The notes beneath the pieces are model-generated. The model had not been told where the DNA came from and searched no databases. It saw only the letters and a list, made by a program, of their open reading frames with translations. A stretch of 64,000 nt of DNA. It comes from Batkoa obscura. Taxonomy: Eukaryota. This document shows, one piece after another, positions 55,290-64,000 of this stretch. Position 1 is the stretch's first letter, and each line of letters opens with the position of its first letter. The position numbers were made by a program, and so were the translations under genes. The stretch lies in contig JASVEC010000028.1 in assembly GCA_030770535.1 (NCBI GenBank), positions 1 to 64,000 of the forward strand, written 5' to 3'.

Positions 55290-55724
55290 TTAATAACACC
55301 ATAGTGACCAATAATTTAAGTGTAAAAAGGAGCTACTATAGCCACCTTTTCCATAATCACCATCTCTACAAATATAGTTGAAGAAAAACTCAGGGTTCTT
55401 TTCATTGATGCCTTTAGTGGTACTAATTCTAGCTGAAAGAAAATCTTGATCACGTAACCATAATATCTGTTGTAAAAATGTTTTATAAGTATTTTCACTA
55501 TGTATATCTAAAGATGCCCCTTTTCTAGCACATACACAGACATTTACTTGTCTTTTTGCGTATTGTTCAGCACCATCTAAAACAAGTATTGAAAAACAGC
55601 TATTTAAGTCTTCTGGAAAGCTCTCCATATTTTCTGGTAGATCTTCAATAGCATAACTTGAATGGGTATGAATTTCAATAGCATCCACAATTACAAAAAA
55701 TAAAATAAAGCTATAAAAATACAT
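55290..55724 (-). CDS. Small secreted Cys-containing hypothetical protein at the left edge of the viral-like block
   Basis: 144 aa intronless ORF with signal peptide MYFYSFILFFVIVDA. Confidence 0.65.
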   Translation of the reverse strand: MYFYSFILFFVIVDAIEIHTHSSYAIEDLPENMESFPEDLNSCFSILVLDGAEQYAKRQVNVCVCARKGASLDIHSENTYKTFLQQILWLRDQDFLSARISTTKGINEKNPEFFFNYICRDGDYGKGGYSSSFLHLNYWSLWCY

Positions 55725-56236
55725 TATAAAAATATTTTTAATATTAGATAGCTTATATACAATTTGAAGATATTCTATATATTATGTTTGTAACCATTAT
55801 TTCTAGATATACACAACTGTATAATTAATTCTAAACAATATAATATTTAAAAACATTTTAATATGGAATTTGAATATAAGTACGATTCTAGCAATTGTAA
55901 AACTTCCAAAGAGGGTTTTAAATACCAGTATATATTAGAATCTAAAACAAAAGAATACACATACAATAATTTTTTATTGGTTAATGAAAATAGAATAAAG
56001 TAAAACTTTTTGTCTCTGATAAATAATTCTTTACAAAATCTATTACTCTATTTAACAAGCAGTTTAATCAAAACAATTATGTTAACTCGAAATATTATCT
56101 TCCATCTATCAGAGAAGATACTGGAACAGAAGGTAATATAGATTTAGAAGAAGATGATACATCTGATAAAACTTTTATATGTTTGATATTAAACATTATA
56201 AAAAACTTTTCAGCCCTTTGATATACTGATATATAT

Positions 56237-56852
56237 ATGGTTATATTTACATCAAAAGATGCACTATTTTCAAGACAAGAAAAACTGTTAGTAAACTCCA
56301 TGAAAGGACTAGATATATCTGATAAGTATCTATTGGAATATAGTGTTGCAAAGTTACAAGATAAATTTGTAATTGTAAATCTTAAAGATGTTAAACAACT
56401 AAACACTGCTGATATTGTAACACTTTCGGAGATAAAAAAATCTAAAGTATCTTATGTAAAAGATCTTAAAGGGTGCTACTATTATGCATTTGAGTTTAAT
56501 GATTCAAACAATACATTATCTTTATCTCAAAATAATTTACCTGTATCAGGATGTTGGAAGAATCATATCCATACTTGTTCTACTTATGATATTGATTATA
56601 TCAGATCATTATTTAAAAAAGGTGTAAAAATTGTATACATTTATGAACCAATGGGTTATAGATGGATATCAAGTGATAAGAAATATATGGGGGTATTTTT
56701 TTTGGTTTCATTATTTTTTCTACCTTTTAAGCGCTATTTGAGTGAAAAAATTGTTAGTGAAATCCTTAAACACAAAAATACATTCCCATATTGAGTTGCT
56801 AAAGCTTATAAAAGATAAAGATATTGAAAAATTCTTATCTACAGAATTATAA
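56237..56852 (+). pseudogene. Hypothetical viral-like protein (170 aa when restored) interrupted by a MITE
   Basis: Removing 56689-56787 plus one ATAT restores ...SSDKKY-IELLKLIKDKDIEKFLSTEL*. Confidence 0.75.
56689..56787 (-). mobile_element. MITE copy 16
   Basis: Reverse orientation, TSD ATAT/ATAT. Confidence 0.93.
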
Positions 56853-56876
56853 CAGTATAAAAATTTGTTTGTATAT

Positions 56877-56975
56877 GGGGATGTATTTTTGTGTTTAAGG
56901 ATTTCACTAACAATTTTTTCACTCAAATAGCGCTTAAAAGGTAGAAAAAATAATGAAACCAAAAAAAACACCCCC
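56877..56975 (+). mobile_element. MITE copy 17
   Basis: Near-identical inverted partner of copy 16; flanks ATAT/ATAA. Confidence 0.92.
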
Positions 56976-57012
56976 ATAATATAAATACAAACGCCTTAAA
57001 TAAATAGTTCAA

Positions 57013-57255
57013 CTAGTTTATATACACAAACATTATATTGTTTCGAATAAGAATCTCATTTACTGTAAATGTATTACTGGTATTATTATAGTAAAATAAT
57101 GTATCCAAGACACCTTCCATTTTTTGAGTGTACTTAAATATTTCCACTTCTTTTCTAATATTATATTCCTCATCTTTATAAAAAGTATCGCCGTTTATTT
57201 TCCAAGACATTTGTTTTTTATTTTTGTTAAGATGGTAAGATTTTATATATTTCAT
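57013..57255 (-). CDS. Hypothetical viral-like protein (80 aa)
   Basis: Intronless ORF divergent from 57348. Confidence 0.5.
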   Translation of the reverse strand: MKYIKSYHLNKNKKQMSWKINGDTFYKDEEYNIRKEVEIFKYTQKMEGVLDTLFYYNNTSNTFTVNEILIRNNIMFVYIN

Positions 57256-57347
57256 CTATTAAAATAATTACAACTTTTTTCTCAAATCAATTATAATAAA
57301 ATAAATTATTTTTGTTATAAAAGTATTAGAGATGTTTTTTTATAATA

Positions 57348-58543
57348 ATGTCTGATATTAGATTTTCTAAGATTAAATCTGTAGCAAAAAATTATAGACT
57401 CAAGATAAAAAATAATCGTAATATTCATATAGAGTCAGATTATGATTATTGCTATCATGATGCCGAAAAATGGTATTATAAACATAAAAAATATGATTAC
57501 CAATTTATACAACCCAACCCACATTCTTTTATTGATATAGAAAACGGTTACGAATATATAAATTGTGTTGAAAAACTTAGAAAACCTTTTAAAGTGTCTA
57601 CATTAATTTTAGATTTTATCTACTTTAATGGATTTGAATTCGATTATGGTGGAAAGTTTGTCTATACTGATGTAAACATAGAACAATTATTCACAAAAGT
57701 TAATGAAACAATTTTGCTACAGAGAAGTTCTTAAGATTGATATACCCTATGTGGTTAATAGACAAAATATGCTATATTATTCCAATCCATTTGTGTTCGA
57801 TAAGTTTTATTTTAGATATAATCTTGATAATTTTACAGTTTATGAAGATGATTTAAATGAAGATGATTTAAATGAAGATGATTTAAATGAAGATGAAGAT
57901 GAAATGATTGCATTTGGAAACTGTATTTATATAGCTGAACCAGGTTGTTATTTAGCCGTTAGTTTAAATGGTTTTAATAAAAATCATCCTATTATTCCAA
58001 AGGTTTACAGGAAGAAAACACTCGCTAAACAGAAAAGAAAACAACTTTATAATCCTAGAAAGATAAACGAACTGTTAAAACCCTCTACAATTATAAAGAA
58101 ATGGAAATATATACCATATTTTAAGTTTACAAAACTTTATATAGATATTAGATGCATCACAGTGTTAAAAAATATTTTTAATATAAATATTAGTGTTGCC
58201 CAACCAACATTTTATAATATAGATAATGTTAAAGAAAGACATAATATTATTACATGTATCGATTCAAACAATATAAATATTACAAGAATTACAGATAAAC
58301 CTCTTTGGATTATATACTATAAACAATTTGATCACGTAAATATCATTACAGATATTGATCAAGCTAATGAAAATGATATATTTACCGATGAATCTCATAC
58401 AACTATTTTTATAGATTCTAAAGAAAGACCTAGTGTTTAATATAGCTGGCAAAACATATATTCTAATAAACTCTATGACTATTCATGAGATTAAATACGA
58501 AATAGCAAATATTATTGAAGGATATGCATTAATGAAATTATAA
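57348..58543 (+). pseudogene. Hypothetical viral-like protein, probably one gene broken by two frameshifts
   Basis: Overlapping ORFs 57348-57734 and 57703-58440, plus a shifted tail (...LVFNIAGKTYIL...YALMKL* ending 58543); contains (EDDLN)x3 at ~57844-57888. Confidence 0.55.
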
Positions 58544-58622
58544 AAAAAAATTTGTAAAAAAAAATTTTTTTTAACTGAATATTATTTATTTATACCAAAT
58601 TTTAAATATAATCAACTTACGT

Positions 58623-60446
58623 ATGTTATTATATCATCAAGAGTTTGCAAACAATTTTATCAGTCCAGATAACAATAACAGATCAGTATTACTTTTGTTT
58701 AGTACTAGAGCTGGTAAAAGTTTTACTACCATAAGTATATGTGATTCATTTCTAAACAGTAACTTATATGGTTATTATGAATATCCGATTATTATAGGTA
58801 AAAGTGATATAACAAATCTTAACTTTAAAAAACAAGTAGAGTTATATAACAAAAAATATAGCAGAAAAATGAAAATGAAGTATAAAATTATATTTAAAAC
58901 CGATAATTTAAAACTAAACAATGAATATAGATATATTCTTATATATGATGAAGTACATCATGTTAGAAAGATAAATAAGCTATATAGTAAAATTAAGATA
59001 CCTAAGGGTGTTATATTATTTTTAACGGCTACAGAATATATAGATAAAGTAGAAGGATTTTATGACATTATGGATTTATTACCTCAGAAAATATTCTTAA
59101 ATATACCAATAATGAATGTAATGTAAGGGTTACATATAAAGGGCAAAATGTTGGATATAAATATCCAGTTGTGTCTCTAGAAATGAGTAAAACACAAAAA
59201 CAAGATTATGACAGAATACCCAATACCAGTATAAGATGTGAAAAAGTTTACGAAACAATAATGTCAAACAGTTTGAGGACAAAAATAAAAAATAAAATTT
59301 CCAACATAACTATCGAAGATCTACAAATACATCAAATAGAACTATATACAATGATTAAAAATCCAAAAAATCTAGCATATATTTATTGTGAATATATTCA
59401 AGAAAATGGTATACAGTCTATTGTGAAGGTATTAAAGATTATTATACCAGATATCAAAATAGCCATATATACTAGAGAAACACCTCATTGTGAATCAATA
59501 GTTGAAAATTTTAATGATCCTTCAAACATAGATGGAGATATATATAATATAATTATAGGTAGTAAAATTATCAGTGAATCAATATCTTTGAAGAATGTTA
59601 AACAAGTACATATACTTACTCTACACTGGAATTATAGCTTGATAGATCAAGTTATTGGAAGAGCTATACGCATCAACTCATATGTCCCTGGATCTACTAT
59701 TGAAATATTTATATGGTAAAAAATAGTATAGACAAAATAAAGTTGAATATCTCAAGAAGTAAACATAAACAAGAAATGTAGATAGTTACAATTTTATAGA
59801 TATCAACAAACAGATAAAAGATTATAATATACATAAGAAGCTTGGTAGTATAGAATGTAATCTTAATAGTATATCTATAAGTTCATCTCAAAAATTTATA
59901 GAGGATAATATTTCAATAGATAAATCAAAACTTATAGAGATGAATCTCAGAGATAAAATATCATACATAGAACAGATTGAAGATCCAAGTGTTTATGAAT
60001 CTATAGTTTTTAAAGACGATGAGAAATTTGTACATATTTTATATTATTCTACATAACTTAATAATAATCATCATATATCTTCTAGTAATTATAAATGTAT
60101 TGGTAAAACAAGATATAGATATATCAATGAACAACCCTGGTACTGGTATCAAGGTGATGAACAACTGGTAAAAGAACATTTTGAATCTAGACTTAGAAAT
60201 CTAAAATCTGATCATTATGTTTTAATAAGTCATACAGATAGGAAAAAAGGGTATGTCTATATTAAAGACGATGGAAAAGATCTAAGAAAACGTAGCAGAG
60301 GTAAAGATATAAATACGATGTTATGGAAAGAAATAATACCTTTGGCAACTTTTTTAGATATTAAAATAGACAACAAAAGGATAGTTATAATAGAAAGACG
60401 TGTACATATATTGATAAATCAAGGAAAGCTTGTATATCATCACTAA
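58623..60446 (+). pseudogene. SF2 helicase/ATPase of the poxvirus D6/D11 (VETF small subunit / NPH-I) family, frameshifted
   Basis: HQEFANNFISP, LLLFSTRAGKS (degenerate Walker A), YDEVHH, LTAT, ISESISLKNVKQVHILTLHWNYSLIDQVIGRAIR. The frame continues through shifts near 59100, 59715 and 59770 and a TAA at ~60054 to ...LVYHH* at 60446. Confidence 0.85.
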
Positions 60447-61408
60447 TATAATCCAAATATAATACGAGATGTATTACTTTTACAATCATCTACAGAGTTA
60501 TTTATGGCAGCTTGTTTAAGTGTATTATATGAATTTTCAAAAGCCATATCTGCTATAAAACCTTTATTTAGTTTCTTATGACCACTAAAAGTTATTGGTA
60601 TAAGTTCATAACAATTCGATATAGGATTTAAGAAACACATTTTATCTACAATATATGTAATTTCTTGCAGATAGTTTTCACCAACTATATCTAACAATCC
60701 TTCTGTAATTGCTTTTTTTGCTCTTTTAATAACATATACATCATATACTTGTCTTATACAAGATGTTCTAACATTAAAGAAATATTGTGATAATTCTTCA
60801 AGATTACTTCCCAATGTTACATATTTTGTCTTAGATATTTCAGTGACTGCTCTAATACCTTTAATACCAATACAAGTCTCGTTAAGAATCTCATATATTT
60901 TTCTCGGATAACATTCCACAACAATAGCACAATCAAATTCGTGAGATAATGCAACTAATAAATCTCCAAAATAGTTTCCGAATTCCCAGAGAGATAATCT
61001 GTGTTCGTATAGTTTTTTTAACTTTATAGTATAAACCTCACTGTATCTATCCATCATAAACAAATCTAAACCTGGATATTTATCCGTTACAGATTCTACA
61101 TGAAAAAACAGATTACGATATACTATTTGTAATGGACGTATCTTATATTCTTTCAGATCTTTTTCATGATTAAATCCATATTTATCTTTTATAATACAAT
61201 TACCATCACTAGATAGTTCTATTATATCAAGACATCTTTGGAAACCATTTGTAAGATTACCTGTATTACGAAATGCATTAAGTGTGTTTTGTACTAATGG
61301 TCTCATAATTGTCTGAGCCATATCTATACCGTCATCCATTTTAATAACATTTATCTTTTCATCATCAGATAAATAATGTTCGCTATTGTAAGATTCAGAA
61401 TTAGACAT
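60443..61408 (-). CDS. DNA-directed RNA polymerase largest-subunit C-terminal part (RPB1 domain 5 / archaeal A''-like), stand-alone
   Basis: AQTIMRPLVQNTLNAFRNTG (cf. AQSIGEPxTQMTLNTFHxAG), GFQRCLDII, IKGIRAV, TLGSNL, MAFENSYNTLKQAA...DDCKSNTSRIIFG. Confidence 0.85.
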   Translation of the reverse strand: MSNSESYNSEHYLSDDEKINVIKMDDGIDMAQTIMRPLVQNTLNAFRNTGNLTNGFQRCLDIIELSSDGNCIIKDKYGFNHEKDLKEYKIRPLQIVYRNLFFHVESVTDKYPGLDLFMMDRYSEVYTIKLKKLYEHRLSLWEFGNYFGDLLVALSHEFDCAIVVECYPRKIYEILNETCIGIKGIRAVTEISKTKYVTLGSNLEELSQYFFNVRTSCIRQVYDVYVIKRAKKAITEGLLDIVGENYLQEITYIVDKMCFLNPISNCYELIPITFSGHKKLNKGFIADMAFENSYNTLKQAAINNSVDDCKSNTSRIIFGLY

Positions 61409-61443
61409 TTTTATAAAGGTATAGTTTTAATTATTTTATTGAA

Positions 61444-63327
61444 ATGAACTTACGTTTTCAAAGAATGTCTTATAAATGAAAATTTTATAATAATTATGCT
61501 ACTAATGCAGCTAATGAAGAAATAACATTTGATGGTTATAAATTTATACAAGATTTGAATGGAACTTATAACTCTATATCTGGTAATAAATATCCTAAGC
61601 AGTATATAAATTATGCATCTATTTATAACAAATTAGAAATATACAACCAATATGAGTTACAAAAATATGTAAAGATATTTTCGTTTGATATTATTTTTAT
61701 GACATGTATTATAGTTCAAGAGAATAATACCACTAGACGATATACACTTAAACAAAATTTTTCAGAATTTTTTATTATTTTAGAAGATGAGAAACCTAAT
61801 GTTATTACTGGATATAATATTTGTGGTTATGATTTTCCAAAAATAATAGAACAGATTGGTACAAACAGTTATAATGCTATAAATTTAGGATGGGAGTCAT
61901 CAGCTTTTGGAAAGAATAGGATCAAATACATAGATTTACCATTTGCCGTTGTGATAGATTTATATCTCATTATAAAACGTGATTATATTTTAGAATCTTA
62001 TTCTCTGAATGAAGTTTCAAAACATTTTCTTAAGGAGACTAAGTATGATTTGTCTTATAAACAGATGTTTAAACTATATGAACGGAATAGTTTTGATGAA
62101 ATAGAAAAATGTTGTTTACAAGATACACAATTAGTCATAAATCTTTTTAATAAGATGAATATTTGGATTGGTCTTTGTGAACTTTCTGAGTTAACATATA
62201 CACCTATTAAGGAATTATATACAAGAGATCAGACATATAGGTTAAAAAATATGTACTATTATGAGTTTATAAAAAGAAATTATGCGTTTGACTATAATGG
62301 TTCTAAAATAAATTATGATAAAAGACAATGGGCATATAAAATTTTAATAAACTCTATATACGGTGCTTTTGGAGCTAGGGGAGTTTTATATAAACTAGAT
62401 ATTGCACAACTAATTATAAGGGTTGGTAGAGAGAATCTTATAATTTCAAAACAAGTTATAGAATCATATGATGGTTTCTTAGTGTTCTATGGAGATACAG
62501 ATCCTTGTATGGTAAAATATGAATTTAGTATATATATAGTTCCTAAGATAATAGAAGATGTTTGTTCCAAAACAGAGATATTCTTGGAAATGGAAAACGA
62601 GTTCAAAACTTTTCTACTGGTATCTAAGAAAAAATATATTGCTAAAAAAGACGACAATACCATTTATAACAGAGGATTGAGTGTTCAAAGATTATTTTGT
62701 AAATTTATTAAAGAATTACTAAAACAAGTTTACATAATGATTTTAGACAATAAAGGTCCCAGAAAGTATATAAAAGAACAGATCAAACAATTATTAGCTG
62801 GAAATATTGACAACGATAGATTGATAATGAAAACAAATCTTAAAGAAGAATATAATAATGTTTGTGCTAATAGTATATTTCGAAATAATATAAAGTCTGA
62901 ATTCAATGAATCATTTGGAGCAGTTGAATATTATTACAGTTATCCTAGAGTAGAAGATTTTATCAAAGATCATAATTGTAAAGATAAAATGGGGTATTGT
63001 TATTCTTTGGAACCAGATAACATAGGCTGCATACTATACCTTAGACAGTTGAAACAGATAGATACAGTACTAAATATAATATATAAAGAAATTATAATAT
63101 AAAAATATACGAAAGCCAAAAAGAATTTGAGAGAAATAAATGTAAAAACATATATGAATGGTGAAGGATATATATTTTTAGAAACTCCAGAATATGTTAC
63201 AGATGGAATAGGTCTTATTAATGGATATATGAAAATAGATCATAAAAATATATTAATAAGAGAATGGATAAAGAATAAATATAATAAGAGTAATCCACTT
63301 CACAAATCTATGATAAAATACATTTGA
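61444..63327 (+). pseudogene. Family B DNA polymerase (RNA-primed delta/NCLDV type), internally deleted
   Basis: SFDI (ExoI, altered), ITGYNICGYDF (ExoII), SYSLNEVS, CLQDT (ExoIII), QWAYKILINSIYG, YGDTDP, KKKY. Motif A (DxxSLYPS) is absent. ATG 61444, ORF 61555-63102 and ORF 63127-63327 share one frame, with stops at 61477 and 63100. Confidence 0.88.
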
Positions 63328-63502
63328 ATACATTAAATCTAATAACAATAACTATATACTCTTTATATATATATATTATTAACAAAAAGCTATTATATAT
63401 ATAAAAATATTATGATAGTTCTTTAAAAAAAATATTTTTCTTTTTAGAATATTATAACAATACAAAAATTTTAATATTTATTGAGTTGATTATATTAGAA
63501 CT

Positions 63503-64000
63503 ATAAAAATATTATTATTGTTTGCTTTATCACCTCTAGTTAGTTGTGAAGATATTATCCTCCAACCTTCTGCTATTTCATATATTACTCCTCAGGTAAA
63601 TTCTAGATCGGCTGTTGATACAATGGATTGGTTTTATGACAAACATGCCTTTGAAACTGTTAGTAAAGCAGATCCAAAATTACCGGAAAGAAATTTATCC
63701 CGTAGATTTGATATCTATGACTTTGAAAAAGAAATTACTGATATAGAAAACAGTATTAAAAGTGCTTTCTATCCATCGATTCTAACCGATGGAATAACAT
63801 TATTAACTACTAAAACAGATAATGCTAATGACAGTGCTAATTTCGGAGCATTAGTTGGAACAATGGATTATTAGAAAGCACAAAAAGCAACGGTTTATTC
63901 TAAAGTAGATAATATTTATGAGAACACCAGAGCAATGTTTGATAAAGAATCTAATGGTAACGCAAAGTTTCAAAGAGATATTGGAAAAGGTCCTAAGTTG
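63503..64000 (+). pseudogene. Decayed secreted protein gene, running off the window
   Basis: ATA-KILLLFALSPLVSC reads as a signal peptide with a lost ATG; in-frame TAG at 63872; the frame stays open to 64000. Confidence 0.6.

Larger units (their letters stand above)
55863..64000. mobile_element. Endogenous large-DNA-virus-like element (Nucleocytoviricota-related or virus-like-element-related), partly decayed; boundaries uncertain
   Basis: Tightly packed intronless ORFs including an SF2 D6/D11 helicase, an RNAP subunit fragment and PolB, in an otherwise intron-rich genome. Confidence 0.85.

Noticed and set aside
1959..56975. Dispersed ~98 bp repeat as a CRISPR-like array or an ncRNA family
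   Set aside because: Copies are scattered in both orientations, have TIRs and site-specific TSDs, and interrupt ORFs. This is transposon behaviour, with no regular spacers.
2480..56977. Short ORFs 2480-2701, 5690-5896, 19343-19549, 34395-34577, 49802-50023 and 56720-56977 sharing peptides such as WGCIF, MGVFF and LLVKFL
   Set aside because: The shared peptides are translations of the MITE, not a protein family.
2413..58560. AAAAAAGTTGTAA-like motif before the subtelomeric pseudogene and before viral ORFs (minus strand ~57268-57280; similar at ~58544-58557) as a viral promoter
   Set aside because: It is low-complexity in a very AT-rich genome, and a similar string also occurs in the host intergenic region near 26032.
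61444..63327. PolB as a Polinton/Maverick or linear-plasmid protein-primed polymerase, or as host Pol delta
   Set aside because: The exonuclease and post-ExoIII segments are of the RNA-primed type. It is intronless, has no CysA/CysB tail, and is flanked by viral-type genes.

Overview
Chromosome end of a very AT-rich, intron-rich eukaryote with short GT-AG introns and TTAGGG telomeres. It is most likely an early-diverging fungus; Entomophthoromycotina/Conidiobolus-like is a guess from gene content and composition. From left to right: (1) a ~1 kb (CCCTAA)n telomere with a proximal AAATAA-variant zone; (2) a decayed ~4.2 kb subtelomeric gene; (3) housekeeping genes (DUF2009, ATG9, RRB1, RSC/polybromo-like, OGG1, NOC2, REX4-like, PITHD1, AcpS-type PPTase, RPD3, PCL cyclin) mixed with secreted or surface proteins, an expansin, a POT transporter and a membrane-anchored UDP-glycosyltransferase; (4) from ~55.9 kb to the end, a compact, intronless, partly decayed endogenous DNA-virus-like element. 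That element carries a D6/D11-type SF2 helicase, a stand-alone C-terminal piece of the RNA polymerase largest subunit, and a delta/NCLDV-type family B DNA polymerase with its motif A deleted. Seventeen copies of a ~98 bp MITE (GGGG...CCCC termini, 4 bp AWWT target-site duplication) are scattered through the window. Two sit inside the viral region, which supports genuine nuclear integration. All family calls come from motif recognition by eye, and exon boundaries and some gene ends are approximate.
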